NCBI GenBank assembly: GCA_021613535.1
Contig: CP075493.1
Location: forward strand, 15,500,001-15,564,000
Direction of reading: 5' to 3'
Source of the DNA: Adineta vaga
Taxonomy: Eukaryota > Animalia > Rotifera
Length of the DNA: 64,000 nucleotides
The stretch's first letter is position 1, and each line of letters opens with the position of its first letter. Of the stretch, positions 1 to 15,114 are shown piece by piece. Both the position numbers and the translations under genes were made by a program. The notes under the pieces were generated by a model. It did no database searches. It saw only the letters and a program-made list of their open reading frames with translations, and had not been told where the DNA came from.

Positions 1-755
1 CTATACTGATTCATTGAAGCATAATATATTTTTTTCTTTTTCTTATCTTAAGACCAACGCACAAAATTACGTTCTTATGTTTTGTTATTCGAATAAATCG
101 ATAAATATTTCTTTGTTATTTTTATTTTTATGTCAGCTAAATGGTGAATAATCGTCGATTTCATAATACAAAAATTTTAATAAAGTTTCTCTTTATCTTC
201 ACATTGAAAGTTAAAAAAAAAGCATTCAGATAGTCATCGAAATTGTATCGTGATGCAATAACATGTAACTGACAGTTTTCTTTACTCTACTTGCAAAAAG
301 TAATTTTCTCAGTTACGCTTAATTGCGCTGTAATTGATGAGCAAAATATTTAGGATGACATTTTTCAAATAAAAGAAATTTATATTCTAGATAGAAGAAT
401 TTCTATGTACATGAAGACTATCACACAGCCTTTATAATCCATATCTGTTTCAAATATTTGAATTTAGCCGTTCATTTTATCAGCAATATCAAATGATAAA
501 CTAGTAACATGACTTAAACTATGACACTTTTTTCTTTATATTTACTTGCTTATAAAAAGTAAACGAGCACGTGTTTTTATTATTAACTAATGTTTTTGAT
601 TCGATATGAGGATGATAAAAATTACCGTTTCTAGATTAATGAGAAACAAATGCGTCATTTTTATCTATTACAGAATAGTAAAATATGGTAGGCAAGTAGA
701 GATATGTATAAATATTTTCTTTTCTTTTCCTCTGTAGACTAGGAGCATAATTACT

Positions 756-1974
756 ATGAGCGTCTATAAGATTCAATACGAACAGTATTATACTAATGGA
801 AAGGAATAGAACCTTTTCACAGCATAATTACCGTTATTATTCGGAATAAACGTAATATATTTTTCAAAAATGAATCCTTATTCTTTTCTCGATCGATTAT
901 CTGTTAAGTTATTACATTGTCGATTTTCATATTTTTGAACACATGAAATTCTATTTACTTTTTTTCATATCAGTAATTATCAACTCAATTTTCGATCAAT
1001 TCAAAAGGATCATTTTAAAATGTATTCGATCTGAACAAGTTATTATATTGATACTTTCTGATGATTATGATACATCTGGTGAATCTCAATTATTCTTTTC
1101 TCGTTTTCAAATTCAACAATTTACTCAACTACAAACTTTAACATCAAATATCAACCGTTAAGATGGATTTTTCCGAACTTATCAACAAATGGAATTTCCT
1201 ACGTTCATTCAAATTTTTTGATTTAACAGATAGAGATAGATATCGAAGTCAACTGAACATCATTCAATCTCTTGTACATGAAAGTTTGACAGAAGTTGCA
1301 CCTCGTTTAAATTGAATTCATCTAAGAGATGAAATATTTCTTCCATTCATCCCATTGCCACATCTTCGATATTTGAAACTTGAAAAATGCTACGCATATT
1401 ATATCAAGGCACTTTCTTCAATACTCAACTCAACTTCGTTTGTGTGAATATGTATTTATCGACTTTTGATCATTTCACCTCATTTCCTATTCGATTTCAC
1501 TTTAAAATCAATTGTAAGCCAATATTAATTATCATTGGTAGACAGAAATATATCGATGAATGAAATGGAACAATTCTTATCTTATCTTTCTTATTTAAAA
1601 CATTTACAACTCGAACTCAATAGTTCACAAGATGTTTTCAACTGAAATCGATTCGAATAATTATATTTCACTAATATAAATGCGCTTAAAACAAGATTAC
1701 TTATATCAGTTTCAATCGTTTCATTAATCCTTGATCTTAATCAAATAAACCATTTATCTCTTGTATCAATACATCGCATATCAATGTATATATGACTCTA
1801 TCAGATATAATGCCTAAACTTCATGAATTATTAATTCATAGTCGAGTAGATATACATACAATTAACCAATTGGTCGATGTAATGACTAAAGAATTAATTC
1901 ATCTCTTTCCAAATGTTCAACATTTATCAAGTGCATCATTTTCTATAAATTCTTTATCAAACTATACAATGTAA
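756..1974 (+). pseudogene. Decayed F-box/LRR-like gene (frameshifts and stops)
   Basis: Fragments such as IILILSDDYDTSGESQLFFSRFQIQQFTQLQTL (943-1161), LPHLRYLKL and IMPKLHELLI...LFPNVQHL (1792-1974) resemble degenerate LRR proteins. No continuous spliced frame could be built. Confidence 0.4.
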
Positions 1975-2561
1975 AGAATTGCGATCAATACGTAGAATCG
2001 ACTATAAGACAATCACGATGTCTAACGAGAGATAATTTTATCTGTCGAGCTTATCGTTCATCAACCATTAATTTGATCTTTAATGTTTATTAGTGATTTG
2101 GGAAAGAAGTAAGTCCATTCTCATTGGATCTAACTATTCTTTATTAGTTTTCTCTTTACAGTGGTCATCATCTTTTTTAACTCAGTGTTGTCTGACAATA
2201 AGACAAACATTTCATTTGCAGTATTCTTTTCGTTATTATTGTATTTCTAATCAGTTTTTTTTTGTCATAATGAAAGAATTTCAAAATTAAAAATTATGAC
2301 AGTTGTACTACATGTTGGAGTTTGATGATTGCTTTGCTATTTCTTTATTTTTATCGAGAAAGAACGAGTTGACACATCAGCTATCATTATTGTAGTATAA
2401 AGAGTAGAAAGCAATGCATATTTATATTTTGTTTTGATTTTGGTTTGCAGATAGATTAATGAGTCGTATTTTAGATTGTCTTTAAACAGAGTATTTCAAA
2501 ATACGAAGGAAAATATAATTCATATCTTCGTCGGAAATGTTGATATTCAGTGATAGTTTAG

Positions 2562-3433
2562 ATGACGGATAATAAACCTACTGAAGTGCCTAAACCCTTC
2601 GATTATGTTAACAAGAGAGCGGGACGTCAATATCGTGTTGGTGGCTGTTTAATGGATGAAATACCATCCAAGACACCACAGTGTTCCACTTCAGCAAAAT
2701 ATATGAACAAAGAATTAATGTTTTACAAATGTTTATTTCATTCTAGATGCGTATAAATTTCTAATCAAGAAAAATACAAGAAAACATATTGATGTCAGCC
2801 GTCTATTCATCTATTATAACAGTCGATTAATAGATGGACTCATAGAATATAATATGAAGGACACTGCTACTCGAATTGTACATGCTGTCGAAGCTTTAAC
2901 TGAGAATGATTGTTGCAAGGAACAATCGTTTCCTTTCGTAGTACAGAATTATTATCATTCGATTTGGTAAGATAAGACTATCGAGACAGAATCGCCGGAA
3001 GGTGATACTCTCATGACATATATTCTTTGGATAGATTCTGACAAACCAGAACTTGCGCCAGTAATGAAACCGTTACTCAAAGATTCTCGCGTTCATATTA
3101 CTTATCAGCTAACATTTACTGAGACAACAGAATACATATTGCTGAACATCGAGAAAATTAGATCACTTCCACAATTATCAGTCTTTCAAATCAGAAAATA
3201 AAAATGCATTCGATCTGTTGCCTTTCTTGACTCGACACAAACTCGAATACGTTCCAATTATTATGATTTCTGAACATAAACCAGCTGTATTGAGACATTT
3301 CAAAGAACAAGCATCGACGACTGGTATTCATGATTGTATATCTCGTATTTATGTTACCAGTAGTCATGCAGATTTAATTACAAGAATTAATAGAAATTTG
3401 ATCGATAAATGGACGAATCAACGTCGAAATTAA
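2562..3433 (+). pseudogene. Fragmented hypothetical protein gene
   Basis: Co-linear + strand ORFs 2562-2756, 3013-3201 and 3218-3433 with coding-like composition, broken by stops or frameshifts. Confidence 0.35.
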
Positions 3434-3693
3434 AAGATTAAATTCTATAATGTTTGACTTTTATAAGAAATTACTCTAGCAAAATGTTCGTATAGAAGAA
3501 AGAAATTATTGAAAAAAACATTCATATGTGATAGAACATTTTCTATAATATAATCCTGTAGAAATCAAATAAAAGTAACAAAAACAATCAAGTTTTGATG
3601 TTTTTCTTTCTATTTTATTTATTAAGATAAAATTGACCTTCACCCACAATATTCAACTTGAACAAAAACAAAAATTTGTATTGTTAGAGTAGA

Positions 3694-5868
<2,175 letters not shown>

Positions 5869-8583
5869 CTGATAAAAGATACTTCGTATATTTACTATAT
5901 TTTTATCGAATATAATATGTCGTATCAAAATGATTACTTCCTTTCTTTATATGAGTATGTTGGTAAAAGTAATCAAGATACACTTCACTGCACATCATTA
6001 TACGTAGATAAATAAGGTAAAAGATGCGGATTATGGAAGAATATTCTCGAAGTTTAATAACGTTACAAGTAAGGTAATAATCAGACGTCATAACAAAATG
6101 TCATTTCGTTTAAGTAAATATTTTCGTTGAGTTACCTTGAAGAAAAAAATGCGTTTTATTTATATATGTCAAAACAAGAATACGTATATAAAAAAATCCA
6201 ATAACATATCTTACTTCGAACATTCTTTTATAGAACTGCGTTCCTATGAGTGTCATATCGATAATGTGTACAATATTTTTCTCAGTCCAATCATTTTCAA
6301 CTGCACTTACGACAAGAACAACATCAATATTATCTATGAAAGATCTTCTTAAATATAAGGATTGCTCGAAACTTCCGATTTATTATGTAAAATGCAAGAA
6401 AAATATCTACGATTTTATCTACGTAATTTCATTCACTGGTGGTTTATATACGAATCAAAAATTCTTTAATATTTTCTCTAAGCATTAAGAACAGTCTAAA
6501 CTATAACCCTAAGTCTAATCAAATCAATTTTCAGTAAATCTTCATCATAATACAACAGATTTCTACAGTACTTGTACATTTCGAGCAGCAACCATTATTT
6601 GCTACAGCACCAGTGCTGATCTAAAACCAACGATTAGACAAAGATCAGATAACAACATTATCTGCTACTATTGTTTTGCTTAACACGGGAAAGGCTGCAA
6701 CAAACGATCATTTCTTCTTCAATCACTTTGAAATCATCAGCTACAACGATGACTACAAAATATGACTTCTAAGTCATCGAGTAGTTCAGTGTTAACAACA
6801 AAATCTACTAATGTCACTTCAACGAATGCTTTTCGGGTTGAAATATCAACCGAGAAATCATCGTTATCTTATTCTTCAACTTCAATGATGATAAGCATTA
6901 TGTATTCAACACCAAAATCTGTAACAAGAGAAAATCCATTATCGCCTACTATAATATTACTATGATATCGTGTTTAGTAATCCTACTTATTGGAGTTCGA
7001 AATTATCGAAAACACCACCATAACTTATAGTAACATCATAGAACAACTATTTTTCACATAATTCTAGAAGTCCCATACCATGAATTAACAAACACAACTA
7101 TGAAATCGATCACATCTGTTTACATAACAAGATTGAAACAAATCAATCTTCTATTGATAAAGAATAAATTATAAATAATTTGAATTCTCTCAAACCAATA
7201 TAACTATCATTTCTGCTGCTGAATTTTTCATTCCTAGCAAACACAAATGATATCTGCGAATAGACAGGATTTGTTTCAATCCAGTCAGTCAACAAGTTAT
7301 TCGTTATGAGAATGAACTAAACGAATTCTCAATCATTGATCTCTGTAAGAATTAAGGTTCTCTTTGATAAAAACTGAAAAATATTGGCACGATAGATATT
7401 TTAAAAAATGGAAGAAAATTTCAAAAATCGCCCAGGGTATGAGGAATCACAATGATATTATATACAATAAACATGTTTATATTATTTCACTTGTTCATTA
7501 GTGTATTTAGTTAAAACTATTTTTTTTGAAAAAAGTAAAACTATCCACAATAACATAAACCAACTAAAATCGAAGACAATTCGAATTACATCTATTTAGA
7601 ATGAAACATTGTAAGCTACAACTTATCCGTAAATCGAAACATTTTCTCCCCAATATATATATAGCACCATAACGCTTCATGAAATGGACGAATGAACTAA
7701 CTTAGGGTATATCACTCTTAGCTATGCCTATCTAACCATCATAATCTCGACCGAAAAGCTTTTTGACACCTCGGGTGCTTCCCTCGTAAGAACATTTATC
7801 TAGAAAAAAATCTTGATTGTTTCTATATAAGGGTGATGCTGGTCTTGCAACTCAAAATGTTCTATTTTTGTAAGAAAATTAATCAAATAAAATTGTCAGT
7901 TTTTTACATTGACTATTCAAAGGAATGCTCGTTGAAAGTAACAGAAGCTGGAAAGAAAGAAAAAACACAAATAGTTTTCTATTTTTACGAGAAAATAAAA
8001 AAAAATTTTATCAAATAAGAAGTTCTTATCTGTACTGAAACGAGACGACGATACACGTCCGACTGAAGAAAAATTAGCGAAATCCAGCGCACTAGAAAAA
8101 CACATATATTCATTCTTCATATAAGTCTGCTGAAAGAAATTCCAGCGACAAAGGAATCGACGATTGACTTGCCATCCTCTTCAAAATATTCCTACATAGT
8201 CATAACTTTCACTCGGATAAAAAGCAAAAGATGGATGTGTGTGAAATATTTTGCTAAAGTTTCGAAAGATTAGATTGATTCACATGTATGTCGAGAATAT
8301 TCATCATTCTTACTATAATCTATGAAGCTCTGATAGTTTGAAGAAAATTGCATTTTTCATCGAGCAATTTTATATTTGCACAACACTTCTAATTTTTACA
8401 TAGAAACGACACGAAAACTAGTTCAATCTCATTGAAACATATTTTATTGAGAATATCGAATGAAATGTTAAGAAAATACTTCACCACGTGACAGCAAGAT
8501 AGACGAACGAATAATCAATCAATAAGATTACAATCAATCAAAAATCTTCAGAAAAACAAATGAATCAATTCGCTGTTTATATT

Positions 8584-9573
8584 TTACAAGTTTCGAAATT
8601 TATCTGTTGCAGTAATCAGTTGATCAACAATTCCAACTTCTTTCATTGAATGACCAGCATCATCAACCCAATGAAATTCTGCTTTTGACCATACTTTATG
8701 TAAATCCCATGCTGTAAATGCTGGACAAACTACATCATATCGTCCTTGAACTATGACACCCGGTATATCTTTGATTTTATCAGCATTTTTCAATAATTGA
8801 TCATCTTCATTCATAAATGCACCATGTACAAAATAATGTGATTCAATACGAGCAAAAGCAATGGCATATTTTGCATCATTAATAGCACGAGCTATATGTG
8901 ATGGATCAACATATAAACGTGATAATGATAATTCCCATACTGACCATGCCGTTGCTGCTTTTAACATTTCCTTCTCATCCTTACCAGTTAAACGACGATG
9001 ATATGCTGACATGAGATCACCACGTTCACCAATTGGTATTGGTTCTAAAAATTGTTCCCATGCATCAGGAAATATCATCGAAGCACCTTCTTGATAAAAC
9101 CATAAGAGTTCTTTACGACGACAACAAAATATTCCACGTAATATTAATGCTTTCACACGATCAGGATATGTTTCAGCATAAGCTAAAGACAATGTAGATC
9201 CCCAACTGCCACCAAATACAATCCATTGATCAACATTAAAATGTTGACGTAATTTTTCCAAATCATCAACGAGATGCCATGTGGTATTTTGTTCGAGACA
9301 CGCATTTGGTGTTGAATTACCAGCACCACGTTGATGATAGATAAGAATTCGATATGTTTGTGGATCAAAAAATCGTCGTTCACGTGCAGTTGTACCACTA
9401 CCTGGTCCACCATGAATAAATACAATTGGTTTACCGGAAGGATTTCCAACTTCTTCATAATATAAAGTATGAATATCAGACACTTTTAACATACCAGTTT
9501 TGTATGGTTCTATTTCTGGATAGAGATCTCGTAATTTTCTTGTTTCTGATGTAGTAACAGATTCCGAAGACAT
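8584..9573 (-). CDS. pip: Prolyl aminopeptidase (proline iminopeptidase, peptidase S33), intronless
   Basis: HGGPG, nucleophile GGSWG, RGIF, GRYDVVCP (Asp) and AGHS (His) motifs. Likely start is the ATG at 9573 (MSSESV). Confidence 0.93.
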   Translation of the reverse strand: MSSESVTTSETRKLRDLYPEIEPYKTGMLKVSDIHTLYYEEVGNPSGKPIVFIHGGPGSGTTARERRFFDPQTYRILIYHQRGAGNSTPNACLEQNTTWHLVDDLEKLRQHFNVDQWIVFGGSWGSTLSLAYAETYPDRVKALILRGIFCCRRKELLWFYQEGASMIFPDAWEQFLEPIPIGERGDLMSAYHRRLTGKDEKEMLKAATAWSVWELSLSRLYVDPSHIARAINDAKYAIAFARIESHYFVHGAFMNEDDQLLKNADKIKDIPGVIVQGRYDVVCPAFTAWDLHKVWSKAEFHWVDDAGHSMKEVGIVDQLITATDKFRNL

Positions 9574-9975
9574 TTTAATAAGATGAGTAGATCTAAAAAC
9601 AAAGTTCCGTATCTTCAAACTCTTTATCTCAACAGTATTCGTTCGAAAGTTGAAATATTTTCTTTTAGTCATTGTTAGAAATTGGAGTATATATTATCCA
9701 ACCACACACTGATACTTAAAATTAACCTTGGTAGATGTCTCTCTATGATGTTGAAGTATTCTTTTCTTTCGTTAGAAAGCAAAGTTTGGTTAACCATATC
9801 TATACAAATATATACATATTTCTTCTTCTTTCTGTTTTTCTTTATTTCTAATGTAATAAACGAAGCTAAATAAATACAGAGGCGACAAGGGCACAAAGAA
9901 TGATATAAAAACATACATATTTTTGTATATTTCCTTTTCTATCGAATATACGAAGAAGAAAAAAACACGGTCCAC

Positions 9976-10518
9976 ATGGCTGGAGTAGCAAAATTATTCA
10001 ACGGAAATATTCTTGATAAATCAAATCGAATTATTGATCTTAATGATGAAAAATATCAAGGAAAAATAATTGGTCTTTATTTTAGTGCTCATTGGTATGT
10101 TGATTTTCTTTATTTTAAATGTTAAAAAAAAACCTTTTATTTTTATTTGTTAAGGTGCCCACCATGTCGTAGTTTTACTCCAATATTAACTGAATTTTAT
10201 AATAAATATTCGGAAGAAAAAAAGTTTGAAATTATTTTTCTTAGTTCTGACAATGACGAAGAATCATTTAATGAATATTATAAAGAAATGCCTTGGTTAA
10301 CATTAGATTTTAAAGAACGTGAAAAAAAAGATGAATTAGATCAAAAATTTCAAATTGATGGAATTCCAACATTGATCTTATTGGATGGAAATACGGCAAA
10401 TATTCTTTGTCATGATGCAAGACAAGAAATTCAATTTTATGATAAGCAAGGAAATCAATTTCCATGGGATAGATCTCAAAAAACAAACAAATCCTCTCGA
10501 TCATGTATTTGTTGTTAA
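9976..10518 (+). CDS. Nucleoredoxin/tryparedoxin-like thioredoxin, 2 exons
   Basis: MAGVAKLFNG...GLYFSAHW|CPPCRSFTP, with the WCPPC active site split by an intron; EIIFLSSD and GIPTLILL motifs; ends in CICC*. Confidence 0.9.
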
Positions 10519-10644
10519 TATCATTTTTTTTTCCAATATATACATTAATTATCATATTTACTTTTATCTAATAAACTTTAGGATAGTTAGATTGACTTTT
10601 TATCTTAAGAATGGCAAATAAGGAAAAATTTATAATAAGTTCGA

Positions 10645-12015
10645 TTAATGATGACGAATAATATCGACTGAATCAACTTCTTCTCTTGTTTTTGAATCAA
10701 TAAAGCTTAAACGAGCATTTGATCCATCTCTAAGTTCTAATCGTGCATATCCAAAACCGCTTACAATTTTTGCTGAAGCAGAAATAGTTGATTTGACTGA
10801 AGCTTTGCCTTCCGGAGCACCACCTGCTCCATTTATGATATGAATCAATCCTGGTTGATTATTATAATCATGTGCAGAAATACTACCATCCGCTTTCATC
10901 GGATACAATCGTTCATACCAATGAACATGTCCAGCAATATAAAAATCAACATTAAATTCATGTAGAATTGGTTCGAAAGTATCGCGACATGAATCACAAT
11001 TACCTGGAAGAGCAGGAAGTTTAGGTAAACTGCCGAAAAATGGTCGATGACCAGAAACAATGATCCATGGAACTTGATTACGTCTAGCATTAGCAGCTTG
11101 TAAATCAGTTCTAAGCCATTCTAATTGTCCATTGAGTCCTTGAAAATTTCCTCCGTTAAGAAGAGTACCTGGACCTGATGGTGCATTTGGGAAGTCTGTT
11201 TCTGTATTAATAATTACATAATGAACCATTCCGTAATCGAAACTATACCATAAATTTTTGAAACCTCCACTTTCAAGACCAGGCATACGAAAACGATGTA
11301 AATAAGCAGAAAAATTTTTATAACTTTTATCTGGACAAAGAAAATCACCTAATATAAAACAAGTTACTTCATGATTGCCTGGTCCTGTCATATAAAAATT
11401 ATTTGCAGTTAATGGTGCCATATTTGTTTGCCAGTTATTCCATGATTGTTCATAAAATTCAAATGGAACACCAAGACCATAGTCATCAGCATAAGATATA
11501 TCACCAGCGTGAACAAAAAAATGTGTATCTTTAGCTATTTCACGTAAAGCTTTTATTGTACGTGTAGCTCCACCTAAATTTAATAGATTATCATTTCCTA
11601 GATCGCCAACAAGTGTTATATTAACTGGGTTTAAATCTCCAATAATTGGTGGTGTTGTAAATGAATATATATCGGATTGAAGTACACATGGTGATGATTT
11701 TACAATACGATAATAATATCTTGTAGCAGGTAAGAGATTAAGTAAAGCAACATTATGAAAAAATGAACTCTTATCATAATTAGAAGTTGTTCCCGTAGCA
11801 GTAGCTTTGTTTTCCATTGTATTACTGACACTATATTCTACTTGAGGATTTGGTGTATCATTTTTACCAAGTTTTCCTCCTGTTCGCCAACTAATAGTTA
11901 CATCATTTGCTCCTCGTATTGCTACACGTACATGATCAGGTGGACGTGGAAATATACATAATGATCCATACACTAATGATATACATTGTATCACGATGAA
12001 GAAAGCGAATAGCAT
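10645..12015 (-). CDS. Secreted purple acid phosphatase (metallophosphoesterase), intronless
   Basis: Signal peptide, FN3-like N-terminal domain, metal-ligand motifs GDLG, GDISYAD, GNHE, GHRP and GHVHWYER. Confidence 0.93.
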   Translation of the reverse strand: MLFAFFIVIQCISLVYGSLCIFPRPPDHVRVAIRGANDVTISWRTGGKLGKNDTPNPQVEYSVSNTMENKATATGTTSNYDKSSFFHNVALLNLLPATRYYYRIVKSSPCVLQSDIYSFTTPPIIGDLNPVNITLVGDLGNDNLLNLGGATRTIKALREIAKDTHFFVHAGDISYADDYGLGVPFEFYEQSWNNWQTNMAPLTANNFYMTGPGNHEVTCFILGDFLCPDKSYKNFSAYLHRFRMPGLESGGFKNLWYSFDYGMVHYVIINTETDFPNAPSGPGTLLNGGNFQGLNGQLEWLRTDLQAANARRNQVPWIIVSGHRPFFGSLPKLPALPGNCDSCRDTFEPILHEFNVDFYIAGHVHWYERLYPMKADGSISAHDYNNQPGLIHIINGAGGAPEGKASVKSTISASAKIVSGFGYARLELRDGSNARLSFIDSKTREEVDSVDIIRHH

Positions 12016-12787
12016 CTTGCCGAATATCGAACTATCCGACCAAATTTATTCACTTCTATTTTATAGTTTTCTGTTATCAGGAGCAGGCGCTTTTTATTTA
12101 TTTTTCTCCATATCACATGAGTTCTAAGGTCATTTTGAAATGATGATAACATTTTTGTTATAGAATTTACAAGCAAAGTACGAAATAAAATGTCATTATC
12201 TTTTACCTGGCAAAGATAAAATCTTAGTTGATATTATCTTCTTTTGACAACAAAACTTAAGTAATTGCATCAATGAAAGAATTTATAACGTCATTTTTCT
12301 TGTCTTTCCGATCTAAAAATATAACTTGATGGTAATTGAAAAACACATCATTTCTACGAGAAAAAGAATCGTTGTTAGTTTTAACAGTTCGACGAATAGT
12401 GGAAATCAATAACAAAAAAAAGAAGATGAAAAATAAATGTTATTTATAAATCATTTTAAAATAATCATGACCTAGATAACGTTCTATATGTGTTTGAACA
12501 TTCATCATAATTATACCAGTGAACAGATTTGATGGAAAATATTGGAAGAAGGATGAGAGTTTATGAAAGTAAACGAAGATGTTTCTCATCGACATTGACC
12601 TTCGACTTACTGTTTCACTATCTAAATGTTCGACATTTCCCCATTGAACAGAATAAAACGCACGTTCACGTTTTCCAACAAATAATTTATCTTTGAAAAT
12701 GACATATGTTATTTTTTGTCATCTGGATTATTAAATTGTGCGAACATGAATAAAGTTTTAATATGATAGTTGAAAAGATATTTTTAT

Positions 12788-13807
12788 CTAGGTAAGAATC
12801 GAAGTAATCTTTTTCATTAAATCCCAAAAAGCATTTCGAAAAAGATTTCCACCATATAAAGTAAAAATATAGAATGGCATTCCACTTGAGATATAATTCA
12901 AAAGAATAACAATATCAAAAAGAAAATTTTCAATTGACATTTGAATTGATGATTTTGCATTAGTCTCTGTTAGAGTTGAATAAAGTCTTTCAATAGCAGA
13001 AGGTATTGTAAGAATACTCAAGATAAATACTTGAATAAGATGCATTCGAAGTAATTGTTGATCGACTTTTTTCTTTCGTTTTAAATGAATACATATTATT
13101 ACTACTGGTTGAATATGTCGATTGTGAATTTGATGAATATTTCTTATTGTTAATAAACCAAATATAATCATTAAAACTAATGGTAATGTATAAATAATCA
13201 ATGCATAAGTCAAATCTGTGATTAAACGACAGATTGCTGTTTTTGAATAACATTTTAATGGTGTATTTTCAAGATTTGCTTGATAACAATAAAGTAAATC
13301 AATATTGAGAATTATGGAAAAGAATAGAAGAAAAATAATTCCTCGATAAGCATTTTTCAATGTACTTTTTTGTCGATAATGAACATGAATAGATGATGAA
13401 AACCATCGATCAATAGTTGTTAACATAAGAATCCACATAACAAATGTTCGTGAAATCCAAAGAATGAAAATTCTTAATTTACAAAGCCCTACAATTGTGT
13501 CTGTAGAATCAACAGACCATCCAGATAACATTCGTGTTATTAAACCACTTATTATTGATATGATATTTGCAATAGATGAAGTTAAAAAAAGTAATGAACA
13601 TGAATTAGATCGAAGTGTTCGATGTAAAAAGACGAAAATATTGAGAATATTACCAATAAGACCAAATATAAATATTAATAAGGAAATATATCGATTCGTT
13701 TGATTTGTTACATTGTTTAATATTGTTATTATATTCAAATTTACAGATGAAGATGATATGTTCATTTGATGGAAAAGAAAACTTGAAGGATTACAAAATC
13801 TTTTCAT
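12788..13807 (-). CDS. Class A (rhodopsin-like) GPCR, intronless
   Basis: Seven hydrophobic segments, GNILN in TM1, C before TM3, IDRW (DRY-like), PFYIF in TM7. The start may be the second Met (~13765). Confidence 0.88.
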   Translation of the reverse strand: MKRFCNPSSFLFHQMNISSSSVNLNIITILNNVTNQTNRYISLLIFIFGLIGNILNIFVFLHRTLRSNSCSLLFLTSSIANIISIISGLITRMLSGWSVDSTDTIVGLCKLRIFILWISRTFVMWILMLTTIDRWFSSSIHVHYRQKSTLKNAYRGIIFLLFFSIILNIDLLYCYQANLENTPLKCYSKTAICRLITDLTYALIIYTLPLVLMIIFGLLTIRNIHQIHNRHIQPVVIICIHLKRKKKVDQQLLRMHLIQVFILSILTIPSAIERLYSTLTETNAKSSIQMSIENFLFDIVILLNYISSGMPFYIFTLYGGNLFRNAFWDLMKKITSILT

Positions 13808-14129
13808 CTGTCAAGTTTATATAGAATGAAAACATATCTTAATATTGTGTCAGAGCCAGAGTTGACAGACATTCCGGAAAATCTGCCACTCCTCCCTTAT
13901 TTTTCATGGATAAAGATGTAGACTCAGTTATTCATCAAGATAATTTGTAAGCAGAGTCATATATGTGAAGAATTTTGAATTATAATGAATGGTAACCAAA
14001 ATAAAATGATTCCTATATTCTTACAGGAAAACATTTTGTGTGAAGTATAATCGCATATAGATAAAAGAAAACCTATTCCTATTCCATGGAAAAACTCTAG
14101 CTCAAGTTTCGTGATTTATTTTCAAAATG

Positions 14130-14490
14130 ATATCAAATATAGTTGAATGTGTATTTATATTCGAATTTTAATGAGGCAGTTCGTGTTTTTGTATCATTTC
14201 TCATCGATAATCCACATGCTTCATCACCTGGAGGACATTTAACTAATAAACCTGAACCAGTTTGATTACTAAGTGCTAATTCATATGTCGAAATAAACGA
14301 AACATTCATCTATTTTCGAACTTTTTCTAATAATTGAAATGTTTTCGGTTGTGGTTCAAATGCATAAATCTTCATTTTCTCTTTTATATATATTCTGTAA
14401 ATGTTAAATTTTCAAAAATAGTTTCCTTACAATCAGAACATGCACCACAATCATTAATATTTAATTCAATTCGTAAATAATTTCCCGAAG
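14130..14490 (-). pseudogene. FkbM-family SAM methyltransferase remnant
   Basis: Minus-strand translation KIYAFEPQPKTFQLLEKVRK*MNVSFISTYELALSNQTG, matching the FkbM IYAFEP and ALS motifs. In-frame TAG; C-terminus truncated. Confidence 0.5.
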
Positions 14491-15005
14491 TATTTTGAAT
14501 AATTTTATTGAATGAAAAAATCGTCGAAAAAAGATTAAGCAAATGAATAAAGACATAGTTAAGACGATTAATAATCGAATTGAAAATGATGATTTCATAT
14601 TTAATAAAACTTCTATTATAAACGAATAAAAATATTTATAAAAAGAATAATAGATCTTTAAAAAATATGAATCAAGAAAATTGACGTGATTCTTTTAATT
14701 ACTTTTATGTTACGGACGAGTGATATTTAAATAAATATAAAATAATATAACGTATTTTTTCTTAACAATTTCAGATCGTCTTTCTATTCTCCAACAATTT
14801 TGACTTGAAATTTATTCAAAGACCATAATCTGATACTCCTGAAAGATTCGTACACATGAGAAATTTTCTGTTTTGATCTAATAAACTCAAATGACTAAAT
14901 ATTTTCTTTAATTTAAACTGACGAAAGACACATAATCGCGCACCATTTAAACAAAATAACCTTAATTTTAATTCTCTCTCCAAAGAAATAGTAATCACGT
15001 CTTTC

Positions 15006-15114
15006 CAGAGTTCCCAATTGTTTTCACAAGTGGGAGGGGATCAAATTTGTCAGAAAGACAAATAGGTTTTCGAGTTTTTTTGGGGGTTAGCTCCCCCCTA
15101 ATCGTAGCCCCTGT
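15006..15114. mobile_element. Candidate hAT-type MITE remnant
   Basis: 109-bp GC-rich island between 8-bp direct repeats CGTCTTTC (14998-15005, 15115-15122). Starts CAGAG and ends AGCCCCTG(T) (reverse complement CAGGGGCT); TIRs degenerate. Confidence 0.45.

Noticed and set aside
5869-5940. Splice acceptor directly before the ALDH ATG (similar sites near pip and ACSL) as spliced-leader trans-splice sites
   Set aside because: Upstream GT donors exist, so ordinary 5'-UTR introns explain them equally well.
6500-7320. Ser/Thr-rich mucin-like ORF fragments
   Set aside because: Low complexity with many stops; no gene model can be supported.
7700-8340. Possible decayed DNA-transposon (piggyBac-like) remnant
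   Set aside because: Only vague motifs; no TIR, TSD or catalytic residues identifiable.
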